A stretch of DNA of 64,000 nt from Lepidodermella squamata (Eukaryota > Animalia > Gastrotricha): contig JBLDXI010000054.1 of the NCBI GenBank assembly GCA_047495785.1, positions 2,046,001 through 2,110,000 on the forward strand, in the 5' to 3' direction. The position numbers and the translations under genes are program-made. Numbering within the stretch: position 1 is the first letter of the stretch; each line of letters opens with the position of its first letter. Below are positions 37,998-50,338 of the stretch, in pieces. A model generated the notes under the pieces. The model did not search any database, was not told the origin of the DNA, and was given only the letters and a program-made list of their open reading frames with translations.

Positions 37998-38735
37998 TTC
38001 GGACTTATTAATTCCATTAACAAGTGAAATACATGATGTTTTGAATTTTAATTTTTCTAAACATTTTCTGGCTTCGTCTCTCATATTTTAGAGCTTCTGA
38101 ACCCTATTCTGTGTACACATTTTCTTTGATTGCGTTACTTACGGGACACTCTATAAAACGGGTTTGCCTAACTGCTGGCTATCTTCGGAATTTATTCGGC
38201 TATAAGCCACAATCGACTTACCCGGGAAATCCGATGCTAATCCGCGGGAAATTCGATGATTTTCAATGATCTCCCATGATCTTGGAGAGGAATCAGGGAT
38301 CAGAATATTGCTAAGCGGAACCAAGTTTGCCGTAACGGAACCAAATTACGAAACTTGGCTCCAGAATAACGCAAGCTAATAAGAATTTCGTTTTCAAATT
38401 TGTTTAATCGTGCACGGTGATGATTATACTGAAAACGAAGCATAATTATATGGTAATTTATTTGAATATCCGATGAGGAATCACGAAATTCATGAAAATT
38501 TTGAAAATGTGGTTACGCTTCCGGTAACGTTTGGCTTGGCTTTCGTTACCTAAAAATACGCCTCTAATATTGCCTAAAAAATATTTTTATAATATCAATG
38601 ATCACGCTGAACATTTTATTTTTGGAAATTTGGAAATTTTTATTTTTTCGAAAAGATCAACAATTCACACGATATTTTACAGCGAAAAATCAATAATAAT
38701 AATTAAAAAAATGTATGAATTAATTATGATCGTTT

Positions 38736-39281
38736 TCATTCTTCAACATTCGAATGGCTGCCGTTGCACGTGATGCCGCCGAGGGCGCCGCCGATGAGTG
38801 AAAACAGGACAATGTTACAGCACGAAGCCGCGCAAACCGACGCCCCAGCCGATATAACGCCCAGAAGGCCCAGCACGGCGAAAGGTCCGAAAAACGTACA
38901 ACCCAGCACAAGGCCAGCAACAGTCCCGACAATGATGCCCAACTGAGCGGGGCGTGAAATTCGCGGCTGGTTAGCTGTGGCCGTCACGGTCACGCTTGAT
39001 TGATCGGGTAGAAAAGCGGTGATTGGCAGGCCAGAGTCGCGGCGAATCGCGGCTGCGGTTGAGTTGGCGACGGCCTTTCGGCAAAACGGGCACTGTTGCT
39101 TGACGAAAAACCAGCGGGATAGGCAGATTGAGCATGCTGAATGGCCGCAGGGCAGCGTGGCCGGCGGTTGGGTGTCGTCGTAGCACAACTGGCATGAAGC
39201 TGGATGCTGGCTCGAGGCGGTTGGGGACGATGAACAGCTCGAATAGGTCGTCATAGGCTCGCTGATTTGTAAAACTTCCAT
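38736..39281 (-). CDS. RING-HC finger protein with C-terminal hydrophobic segments (membrane-anchored E3-ligase-like), intronless
   Basis: CQLC...LPCGHSACSIC...CPFCR motif followed by Gly-rich hydrophobic stretches. Confidence 0.85.
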   Translation of the reverse strand: MEVLQISEPMTTYSSCSSSPTASSQHPASCQLCYDDTQPPATLPCGHSACSICLSRWFFVKQQCPFCRKAVANSTAAAIRRDSGLPITAFLPDQSSVTVTATANQPRISRPAQLGIIVGTVAGLVLGCTFFGPFAVLGLLGVISAGASVCAASCCNIVLFSLIGGALGGITCNGSHSNVEE

Positions 39282-40881
39282 TTTCGTTACAGTTTTAAAA
39301 TATTATTAATAAATTTGTGGGGAAATACTTTGTGGTAGTGCTAGTTATTCAGTTGATTTTCTCATGATTTTCCACGCAATAGAGCGTTATGCAACAATTA
39401 CAGGCGAAGTGAAAATTGTTGCGCAAGATTTTTTAGCAGGAAATTCGAGTCTTCCTAAAGACAAATAAGGTGGCCTTATAATATTTCTGCTTTTTTGCAA
39501 AGCAATTTGCCGAACTTCGTGAGAAAAAAATCAAGTTATTGAATTTTATTGAATCTACAAATTTGCCGCAAATCGAGGTCACAGCACTCATTTTTTCGAT
39601 TTTAGGTCGATTCTAGGAAGACTGATGTTATCGGAAAAATCACTGATTTGTAAACCCGATTCTTGAAATCGATATCGGCTCAAGTATAACTGGAAAACGC
39701 AAAATCCACCTTGTTGCATGATCGATCGGTTTTAGGAGTGATAATGAGAATTAACATTTTAATTGAAGCTGGGGGAACCTTTTTTGTCTAGCTCTGGAGA
39801 CTCAAAATTAGTGCTTGAACCCTAAAATTTGAGGGTGTTCACTTAGTGCGCCTATAACATTTTGCTGAATTGTCGTTAGCTGGAATATCGGTCTGAGTTA
39901 GGTAAGCTCCAAGCCTTTCAACCGCCATAAATTGCTTCATAAACTTCATAAACTTCAACACCAAATCGCGGCGTAATTTTTTGACCTATTTAGGTAATTC
40001 TATAATAATAATAATTTTATTTTTCCTCTTCGAGACTGAGCGTCGTGTACCGTTTCCGGTTTTGAAGAGGGCGAAGGCAGGCGAAGAATGATCCTCACCC
40101 ACCCCCACAGTCGAGGATTCTGCTTTTTGTATAGAATTCATAATTTTCAATTTTCAGGTAAAATTCTAGATTTGTTAAAACTTTTTGCGATTTTTTCTAT
40201 GAATTTTACCATATTTTTGGCGATCGAAAATATGTTTGCATAAAGTTGGCCAATCATCGAGTATAATTAGGTCGCCAATTTGCATACGGAATCTGAGCTC
40301 TCAATTTTTATTGGGTAAAATTTCGAAAAAACGGTGAACAAATGGTGCTTCATTTGAATGCCTGCAAAAACCTATCGTTAACTTTTCATATTTTTTGTTC
40401 GATTATTTTACGCTGTCCAAAATTATGCAGCCCTTCAGTGGAGGATGAGATTTTTGGTTGATTATTTGAGGTCATGGCTATTTTTTATTAAACTCGCCCT
40501 TTGTACTTTGGCAATCTTTTTAAGGTGGGCTTTTCAATTAGTTTTTTTCAATATTTACTCGACACTGCGGCGTGACCTTTTTCAAAGGGGTGACCTATGA
40601 TCTCAGCTACTTCATGTGCAACCTAAGAAATCGCGAACATTGCACCGAGTGAGCTAATAACTAATTGAAACAAAAAGCGCATTAATTGAAAAATAGAAGA
40701 TGAAAAACACTGTTTTCGTTCATTATTTTCAATTATCTCTCATGAAAGTAAACATAGGTAAATTGACGAAACTAATAGAAATGAGGTGCACAAACATTAA
40801 AAAAAATAATTGCGAAAAATTTCATTAAAAATGTCGATTTTTCGTTTTGAAATTGTTCATGAAAATGTCAATTATTATTGG

Positions 40882-41631
40882 CTAGACGTGATGCGTCGCT
40901 GCGTGTTGGTGCGGCGGCGCGTTATTGCCTTGATTTTGCTGCTGCTGCGGCCCGCCGCCCATGTTGACCTCAACCAAGCGGAACGATTTCAACATGTCAC
41001 CGACACGCATCAACAGCCCGCCAATCATCATAAACCACGGCGCTAGCGTTTCCCTCAACATATTTAAAATGTTGTTAACAAGCGTCATATAGGGCTGTAG
41101 GATGTAGTTGAAGATCGAAACTAAAATCGGTTGTAACAAATGGCTGCCGACAATGGTTATCACGCCAACGATGATCGGTTGAATGAGGCCGCGGATGAAC
41201 AGTTTCAAAACCTCCGTAAAAATCGTAACAATCACGGCGAAGAAGAAGCGGAAAATGCTGAAAAATTCGAAAAGCCCGCGCTGGATCGCTCGCTCGAAAA
41301 TGTGAACCGCCCCGAGGACGACCGGCCGTGGGACTTCCCTCGGCTGTTGGAACCGCTTGCTAGGCGCCGGGGTTTTAAATTCGTACAACGACCGCGTTTG
41401 CCTGAATAATTCGTAGTAATTCTCGCCGGTATCAACGGATGAAACAAAGCCGAAATCCGGGTCTTCGCGTTGCTTTTTCGGCTTTTGCGCCTCGGGTTTT
41501 AGCGACGATACGTTCGATGAGTCGATCATTATTGTCGCGCTGTGGTTGCCGCTCGTTTCCGTTGACGTACTCGCTTGACTGCGCGCGTCTTCATCGCCAA
41601 TTTTAAGCTTAACGTCGTTGGAATACTGCAT
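40882..41631 (-). CDS. Unknown 249-aa protein with a long hydrophobic/amphipathic Pro-punctuated segment
   Basis: Intronless ORF, upstream TATATAAA at about 41706 on the minus strand, about 100-aa hydrophobic region. Confidence 0.65.
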   Translation of the reverse strand: MQYSNDVKLKIGDEDARSQASTSTETSGNHSATIMIDSSNVSSLKPEAQKPKKQREDPDFGFVSSVDTGENYYELFRQTRSLYEFKTPAPSKRFQQPREVPRPVVLGAVHIFERAIQRGLFEFFSIFRFFFAVIVTIFTEVLKLFIRGLIQPIIVGVITIVGSHLLQPILVSIFNYILQPYMTLVNNILNMLRETLAPWFMMIGGLLMRVGDMLKSFRLVEVNMGGGPQQQQNQGNNAPPHQHAATHHV

Positions 41632-42043
41632 TTTTCGTTAGAAAAAAACGTTGAGATGATGGATGTCAAGTTGTTGTAGCAGCTGTTTTCGGCCCTGGTT
41701 TATATATACTTGGCCAGACAAATTCCTGAGGTGCACGACGGCGAGGGGGCGAATGGAATGTTGCGAAATTAACCACCTGACTCGTCTTGTTTATTTTTTG
41801 TGCTGTGTTTGAGGCTGCGAAAGACGCGCTCGTATACGCAATCAAAAATAAAGCATACGCGGATAAAGTATAACGTGTGTTCAATTTTTTATTGCCAATT
41901 TTTTTTTCAAACAGGTATAAAAAACGTTTGAGGCTCTCGGCCACGTGAAAGTGACGTCAATTTGTGCGCGAATGGAATGTGGCTCTCGCTATTTTTAGCC
42001 GAATTGATTATCTAAAAAAATTGAAGACAAAATTGAAAAAAAT

Positions 42044-42373
42044 TTAATGACTTCGAACTAAGACATACTCGTGTCTTTTCGACCTCTGGCACATGAGGGC
42101 GATGCAGTAAAAATTGCCGCTAGAAGTAAACAAAAATTGTAAGAAATTAAATTGTGGAGATCTAATTATTTACCATGCGTAGGGTGGGCAAGAAAATTGG
42201 CATAAATCAGCTCGGCATCCGGGCGTGCAGGAATCGACGCTGTTCAAGCACCCGTTCGCGTCCACGTTTCGCCTTGAAAACGGGAAAAATTGCCGATTTT
42301 TCACTCCAAAAGCATAGCCGGGTAAAATCAGCGCCATCACCAGCAATACGACTTTCAACAATATTTTCGCCAT
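42044..42373 (-). CDS. Secreted 8-cysteine toxin/neuropeptide-like precursor (91 aa; exons 42373-42174, 42119-42044)
   Basis: Signal MAKILLKVVLLVMALILPGYA; RR site; 54-bp GTAAAT..CTAG intron turns TG|C into Cys and adds two more; predicted mature NVDANGCLNSVDSCTPGCRADLCQFSCPPYACGNFYCIALMCQRS followed by KR. Confidence 0.75.
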
Positions 42374-44114
42374 ATTTTTCAAGACAATTTGAAAACTTTC
42401 CGGTATTATTGTGAAATTTATTACTTCGCACTTAATTAATACTTTTTAATTAGGTGTGAATTTTATTGCAAATTTATGGGTCACCAGGTGAGATTATTAC
42501 ACAATATAATTATTGCTTCCATATATTTTGTCTATTTTATAGCGATTTTCAGCAGTGCCACGTCGACGCGTCTACAAATATGGAATTTTAAAAATTTCAG
42601 GTGATAATTATAAGTTTTTCATACTTTTCAATTCTGGAAAATTCTTCCGCCTCGCCATTGGGTCGAATCCGATAACTCGCTTCTCAGTGTAGGCCTTAAC
42701 GCCTGCGTTCAGCTCAATTTTATCCTGAGCTGTGCTTGCGTTGTGCTGTAACAAAATAGAAATTATCACCTCATTATATTGCCTCGGTCATAATTTTACC
42801 TGAGGGTAATGGCGCCTTTGCGCCCTTGCGAAAAGATGCTCCTTCCGCATTGTTGTAGTCGTAGTATCCGCGCTTTCAATCGTCCGCTGATTTCCGGACA
42901 TTTTTTTTATCGTAAATTTAATCAAAAATCTAAAAAATTGCCTCAAGGGTGACTAAAAATGATCACAAGTGAATATGGCCAAAAAACAACTCCCGCAGCG
43001 TAGAATTCGACCGCTGTTGCTAGGCAACAATGTCTTATCTTTTATTCACGCTGTTTTACAATATATCGATCAATCAATTTTTTCTACCCGATGCGCACTA
43101 TAATAATAATAGGCGCTCTGCTTTTTTTCGGTGAAAATTTCGATTGCGATTGCCTAGGGATTTGAAAAAGTTGCAGTTTATAATAAGAAAATAAATAAAC
43201 GGTAGAAAAAATAAAGCTCCTTGTGTCACCCAGGGAGTGCGTTTCGCGGTTGCCCAATTTCGACCGGAAACGGACGTGATATATCGGCAATTAATTTGAT
43301 TTCTCAACGTACATATAATATAGCTGTGTTCTGTGAACGGAAAAAAACACGAGTACTGGGCCTAGATAATAAGAGTGAACTTGAATAATCAGTTCGCTGA
43401 ATTTTTAATGCTATTTTAAATAATTGCTTTTCTGGCGGATACCAAATAAAAAGAATCCGCTGCTACTGGTCCGGCTATTATTTGGGACATTGGCTGAAGC
43501 CCGAAGCTCTGAGTAAGCGTTTTCATTGAATCCTAACAAATTTTCTAAATTGCCGAGCCAGAAACAAATTTATTCCAGCCAGACGGAATCAAGTAATATA
43601 ATTCTGCCTAAATTTGACTGAATTTATTGCTATTATAGCCAAATAATTTCCCGATGGCGATTGTAGCGAATTGCGGGACGTTCTGTATTTTAAGCCTAAT
43701 TGTTCTGTATTTTAGACCGGATTAGACTGGATGCGAACAAATAATTCGCCCAGAGATGAATTTTAAATAGTTTTGGACTTTAGCTTGTCTTTCCGCCTTA
43801 AGGCCTTATAGATTAATCAGGGTTAATCAGGAATTGAACCATTTATTCGAAAAATGGCATTTTTTAATAGTTCGCGTTTGCTGCACTGAAATTTTTCTCA
43901 GAAAGGTTCATAACTTGGAACCAAGAACCAGACTTAAAGCGCTAGAAATTTTTATTTAATATTTTTCTCAAATTCTGATTCTTCACGGGTCTTACATGAA
44001 CTTACCGCGGCTTCGAAGGTTCCATAATATTTCCTCAAAAAATATTGAGCTGGAATATTCACAGTTTTATATAGCAAAAAATTTGAAAAATTTCCAAACT
44101 CTGCCAACAATTGG

Positions 44115-44550
44115 TACGACCACAAAACAGCAACTTCGCAGAACAGCGAATGCGACAAAACAGCAAACTTTTTTTCGCGACAAAAAGCGAAAACTTACTA
44201 TGCAAAAGATGCATCGACTTTCTGCTGTTATGTCGTAAGTTGAAAATTTTGCTGTTTTGTCGCGTTTGCTGTTTTGACGGTCAATCAGATAAAAATGACA
44301 ATTGCTGTTTAACTTTTTGCGGCAGACCGTCATAACAGCAAATACCCAAAACAGCAAACGCGACAAAACAGCAAATTCTTCAACTTGCGACATAACAGCA
44401 GAAAGTCGATGCATCTTTTGCATAGTTAGTTTTCGCTGTTTTGTCGCGTTTGCTGTTCTGGGAATTTGCTGTTTTGTCGCGTTTGCTGTTCTGGGAATTT
44501 GCTGTTTTGTCGTATTTGCTGTTCTGCAAAGTTGCTGTTTTATCGCCGTA
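44115..44550. mobile_element. Foldback/MITE with internal tandem TTTGCTGTTTTGTCGCG units and TA flanks; related copy at about 56915-57360
   Basis: About 50-bp TIRs (TA-CGACCACAAAACAGCAACTTCGCAGAACAGC / GCTGTTCTGCAAAGTTGCTGTTTTATCGCCG-TA) plus a long internal palindrome. Confidence 0.75.
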
Positions 44551-44700
44551 CCCTTTAGGCACTTGCAAACCTTTTCGGCTATTTTTTTCTCTCCACCCTA
44601 TTGCATCTTTTCAAAATCAAAAATCCTGTATTATTACATTATAATTTAATGTAGGTCAGAATAAGCAATTGTGGCGCTGTCAATCTTCCTTGTGGCCTTG

Positions 44701-45129
44701 ATGTCGTTCATGCACGAGACGAAAGGCTCAGGCGGTCCCCACGACGACAGCCTGTGGCTGCTCGGCCTCGTCAACTACTCAACCATCGCGCTCGTGCTAG
44801 TTTCAATCGCCGTCGGCGTCACGTGCAAACTGTGCGAACTCGGCGATCGGTCGTTCGTCTACCGTAAACACCGCCGAGAGCGGAATTTCGCTCGGCGACA
44901 AAAGCGCAGTGTCACCCTGGTCAGCGTCGACCCGCCCATGCCGCCGATGACGCTGGATGCCGTTCAGTTGAACAAGCTCATCGAGTCGAACGAGTATCGC
45001 GTGTATCAAACGCCGCAACAGCCGTTTGTCAGGGGTCAAACGGTGTGCATGACCTGCCCGCCGCCGACTACAGACCAGAAAAATTCAAAAAATACTGGCA
45101 GAAATCACAGAGATTTTCAAAAATTATAA
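44701..45129 (+). CDS. Small single-pass membrane protein (5' end uncertain)
   Basis: GC-rich coding-like composition; TM segment IALVLVSIAVGVTC followed by a basic cluster; in-frame stop at 44662 makes ATG 44701 the first in-frame ATG. Confidence 0.55.
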   Translation: MSFMHETKGSGGPHDDSLWLLGLVNYSTIALVLVSIAVGVTCKLCELGDRSFVYRKHRRERNFARRQKRSVTLVSVDPPMPPMTLDAVQLNKLIESNEYRVYQTPQQPFVRGQTVCMTCPPPTTDQKNSKNTGRNHRDFQKL

Positions 45130-45581
45130 CTCTGCTTCATGTTGTTTCAGTGGAGCAAAATAAATGTTAAATTAATATTTAACTTAATATTTTTTTATTT
45201 GCAGAAAATCACTGGGGAATTTTTTTAAATTACCCAAAATTTGAGCTTCAATTTTCAATTTTTTGTTTTCATGCGTTTTGAAAAAATCAATATATAAAAA
45301 AGTATAATTTTTCCAGAGAAGCCATTTTAAAATTGAATTTCGACATGGCTTTTCGTGTAGGGTTTAGCCTTATTATCTGTTTTTTTTTAGTTAAAACGGC
45401 AAAAACTGTCGACTTGAAGAGGGACGATTTTTGGATTCCTATATGTTTTTACGGTGAATTCAAAATTCAGACCACCAGGAGGCTCCCATCCACCTCAAAA
45501 GATGGGAGACGGGAGACCCCAACGTTTCCCCGATGAGGCTTCAAAATTGGCTTCAAAATTTAGGTTGACGTGGAAGGGAAA

Positions 45582-46604
45582 ATATTTTTTCGTGCAGCAA
45601 TTTGACTTTTTCTTGCAGCATTTTTACTTTTTCATGCAGCAAAAACTTTTTTGTGCAGAATATACTCTTTTTTGCAGACAAAGTTTATTTTCGCTAGTTC
45701 AGAAGATGAGGATCAATTTTTCCAATTTTTTAGTTGATAGACCATCGAATATTACATATTATAGCGTCACAAGATAGTCGAAATTGTTTCAAAATTTCAA
45801 TGAAAAAATGCTAATCGAAGTTAAGCGATAAGCAGTAGCGTTAGCCAAGACTGCGCAGTACACGCCTCCTCCTATAGTTGCCTGGAATAGCGTCTCAAGC
45901 CGTATCCAAGTCTTAACATCGGCCAGCGTGGCATCGGGAGCGAATGTGTGCGAGGGTGCTCAGTTGTCAAGTAAGCGACGTCGCATTCTCGCCTACTGGT
46001 GGCGATCTTTCAGATTCCTTGCTGCTCGATGAGGCGGTCGCAGTGCTCATCTCACCAAACTTGAGGTGTTAGCGTACTAGGATGAGTTGGCCGGAATTAG
46101 GACACTCGGTTCCGTAATTCCGGCCATGGCCTCTTGCAAGAGCGTAGGTGACTACAAAATGTGCCCTTAATAAAGGGAAAATCGTATGGATCAATGACCA
46201 CCCGATAGCCGCGACATCCGATAGCCCCATAACTTCTCTATAACTCTGTTTTTGCCAATTATTTTCTAAAACAAATTACCTGGCTGGCGAAGTAGGAAAA
46301 ACCCTAACAGTCACCAAATTTAAGGCGCGATACTCTGATATTTTGGAATACTCGACATATTATAGAGGAGCTTGGAGCATTGATGGCGCCTAGCGAGCTG
46401 AAACAGTGAGGTTAGAACTGACTGGTCGCGCGCTTGTTAAGTCACATGTACTATTTTTCATAAAATTCCCGCTTAAGATACCACTTAAGATACTTCAACA
46501 TATCATAAAATAAATATTTTTAATTTTTGCTGCAATTAAAAGTATTTGCTGCATTAAAAAGTAATTTGCTGCTAAAAAAAGTAAAATTGCTGCATGAAAA
46601 AATA
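45582..46604. mobile_element. About 1-kb element with terminal inverted arrays of about 21-bp TTTTT..TGCAGCA units
   Basis: TATTTTTTCGTGCAGCAATTT.. repeats on the left; inverted TTGCTGCATGAAAAAATA repeats on the right. Confidence 0.6.
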
Positions 46605-48051
46605 CCGTCCCGTGGAAGCAATGGCTTGATTCCATCACAATTTTTGAATAGCAAGATTCCCCACCTCAGATTACCCCAAAAAATCTTGACATGCACATAA
46701 GAAAATATCAAACTTTATTGCGTGGCGATTTTAATTGATGCAATAAAAAACTAAAGAAATTTTAAGCGCGCTTTTTCGAAATGAATGGCAATTTTCAACT
46801 GTGAACTTTGAAGCCCGTTTTCTCAGCAACCCAAATGACTATCAACCTCTCTTTCGCTGATACTATATTCAACTTCTAGTGGCATCAAAATCTAACGATG
46901 ACGTCAAAAATTTTGCCAAACCCCACTTTTCACTTGTTAACGGTCATATAAAACCTTAACTTTCCATACACTCAAAGATTTAAATTCATATGATGCCCAA
47001 TATATTCAAAAATTAAACAAGGAAGTTGGCAGGGTGATTCATAAAATCTGTACATTTTTCAAATTTTTGAATTTCACCTGATTTCTGGCAATATAAAACT
47101 CGATTTGTCTAACTTTTGACTATAATTCGATACAACGGCCCCATGAGTATCCAGATTCGATATAATTTAATTTCGGGAGAGCACTGATTGGGACATTTTT
47201 ATGCACACATTTCATATTTTTAAACGTTAATTCTTGAAATTATGATCACCTTCAAGGCCAGAAATGTACCTAATTACCAGGATAATGTGACCTTATTTTG
47301 AGACCTAATCAAAATAGGGTGTGTACATGTCCTGTAGGCTTTTTCAGGCTGTTGTTTTTCAGGGAAACGCCCAGCATGCGGTAGAGTACAGTCTATCACC
47401 TGAGCCTAATTCACACGATTTCGCGAAAACACGGAATAATTTCACCCGTACTATATTGACTGTTTTAAAAAGAGAGAAAACACCAACAAATTTTCTTATT
47501 TTATCGTTTATTTTTGATTTATCGACTTCGTCAAAGCACAACAACGGTATATCAAGGCATATCACGATCGGTTCAATTTTATAAGTATTTATCATTATTT
47601 TTCTCGAAATATCGCATGAATTTTACTACGACAACACAGTCGAATGGATGTTGATGAAGGTTGAAACAAAAAACACAACAATTAGCTGACGTGTTTCTCA
47701 ACGGCTATGATGCTCGAGAAAAAAATCCACGGAGAATTATAATATATAGCAAAGTTTATATATATACATACAAAAGGTGGTTTGATTGTTATCCTTTTTT
47801 CACCTCATCATAATATAAATACAAATCATCTCACAACCACCAGGTGCGTAGCGACAAAGACAAGGTTGAAAGAGGAGTCGGCAAAAAAAAATTATTACAT
47901 AACATAAACAATGATGAAATGGTCAAAAAAGAGTTTTATGCATTCGTCAAAATATTATGTACGTCGTGTATTATTATAATAAAATTAGTGAATTTTTTTG
48001 TTAAATCTGTATATCAATTATTATTTATAAATTTAAAATATTCATTTTTTT

Positions 48052-50338
48052 TCATTGATTGCTCGACGTCGCGATTGATGACGATGACGACGATGAGGCG
48101 AGGCTGTTCGTCGATGAAGACGAGGCGAAATTTTGCGCGAGATGAGCCGCGGCTAGCAGTGATTGGAAATTAGCCGAGTGAGGCGGGAAGCTGAACGCCG
48201 AGGCGAAATTAGCACCGGCCGATTCGAGGAGAGGCGTCGCGATCATGGGCGACGGCAGCGGGGCGGGGAAGCCCAACGGGGCAAACTGAGCGACCGGCGG
48301 CGGGAAGGTGAAGGTCGACATTTGTTGCGCTTGTTGGCCATCGGCGCGAGGCGAAATTTGCTTCATCCAATCAGAGTGAGGCGTTACGAGCGAGGCCGAA
48401 AGCGGGTTAAACAAGTTGAATCCCTTAGCAGAAAACGGCGATAACGCATTCTGAATAAAAATAAATAAAAATTTAATTTTTATAAAATTTCAATAATTTT
48501 CAAAAAAATGAAATTTTTGGAATATTTGAATTTTTGAAATTTGAATAATTTCAAAATTATTAAAAAAGTTCAAAATTATTGAAAAAATTAAATAAATAAT
48601 TTTGTAAAAGTCCAGCTTAAAATTTCAAAAGTTGGCTAATTAAAATTTTCGAATTATCTTCTGAGCTATTTTGGCTAATTAGCGCGTGGGAAAGTGCGCA
48701 CACATACCTGTAAGCTATTGAGCGTATTAAGCAGGGCGAATTGTTGTTGCAACTTGGAGTCCGCCTCTTGAATGGCGCCCGAAACGGCCGACGTCGCGAG
48801 ATTAGCCGCCGTAAACGCGTTCGAGTTGAACTTCAACGGCTCAGGTTTTCGCTTCAGCGGCCGGCGATCCGCGACATGTGTCTGCGGTTGCTGATCTGGA
48901 ACCGGGACCAGTACCGGCGCTGGAACCGGGCTTGGTACCGAAATCGGCCGGCTGATTTTCAACGGCGCTGGCGATGATGTCGAGTGGTTTGATGACGAAG
49001 ATGAAGATGACTCTAAATTGGGCTGTTTAGCCGGCGGTTCGCCTGCCGAGCTGTAAATGCTAGGCGTGCGGCCCTCCGACCCGGACGCGGATGGCGTGAT
49101 CTGTGACGAGGGCGGGGTGCGGTTGCGAGACGGGATCGACTCAGGCTGCGAGTTGCCATCAATCGCCGCGTATTGAGCAAAAGCTGTCTTAGGCGTAACA
49201 TGAAGAGGCGGTAGGTTCGGGTCGAAGCGATCAGCCGCATCTTCGACGTCAACATCATCGTCACCGCTCAGCGACGCCTCGTCGTCACTCGGGGTCAGAG
49301 GTTGCTTCGAGGGAGGCTGTTGCTTCGAATTACGCTGAAACGCCGAGTCGATTTGAGATTTGAACGAAACAGGCGTGTTGTTGTGGTTCGACATCATAAC
49401 GCTGAAGTCCGGCTCCATCTTCGGGTAATAACCGGGCGCCGCCGGGTTGAAGGTCGGCATCGGCGGCATTGAGTTAGCCGGGCGGAGGGGCATCATGTGC
49501 TGCTGCGGCTGCTGGGACATTTGACCCGGGTATCCGGACATGGCCGGCATGCTTGACATTTGCTGAAGATGCTGCGGCTGTTGTTGTTGTTGTTGCTGCT
49601 GTTGCTGCGGTACCATCTGGGAACCGGGTTGGGTGTTTCCGTACAAATTGGCGACCAAGTGTTGACTGAAAATTTGACAGTAAGCCGACGCGATCGGCGA
49701 GTTCAAAGGATTCAGAGAGGCAAGAAGTTGATCTAAATAGAAAAAAACAAGTTTAAACAATTTGAGAGATTTATTTCCGGAAATACCCGAAAAAACCCGA
49801 AAATACCCGAATAATACCCGAAAAACCCGAATATTCCCTATTTAAATTTTTTGAAGTTATTTCTGATCATGAACCTAAATCACATGAAATTTACTGCACG
49901 ATACCGGCTAATACCCGGTAATACCCTATAAAACCCGATCACTCTAATAATTTAGTAAAAATTGGATAAAATCGGAATAATTTTAGGTATTAAAGATAAA
50001 TTACCTAGTCTGCAGAACTGGTAAACGTATTTACGACCAGGAACCTTGCGCAGGATGTTTTTCTTGTAATAATACCGAAGCGAACGCGACAGCTTGTCGT
50101 AGTTCATAGCCGGGCGATTTTTGCGCCTGCCCCACAAATTGGCGACCTCAGCCGGTTTGTACAGCTTAAATTCGGCCTGCGAGTAGTCGGTCCAGCAAAT
50201 CACATGGCCATACGATTGAGGCGCCGAGAGTAACTCGAGGAGGAACACCCACAGGGTGTCCGTGCCCTGATCGAACGGCGCACCGGTCGACATCATCGAC
50301 TGGCTGTCCGGCGATAGACCGGCATTCGAAATTCCCAT
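48052..50338 (-). CDS. ETS transcription factor, Elk/TCF-like (about 585 aa; exons 50338-50005, 49732-48708, 48450-48052)
   Basis: N-terminal ETS domain ([10 protein letters not shown]...[23 protein letters not shown]); MAPK D-site-like [13 protein letters not shown]; many S/T-P sites; two C-terminal FxFP motifs (FTFP, FSFP). Confidence 0.9.

Noticed and set aside
43952-44649. Several overlapping ORFs with mirrored sequences
   Set aside because: Artefacts of the palindromic foldback element
45346-45536. Signal-peptide-like ORF MAFRVGFSLIICFFLV..KR
   Set aside because: Lies in AT-rich repeat-like DNA beside a TE; no supporting exon structure or paralog
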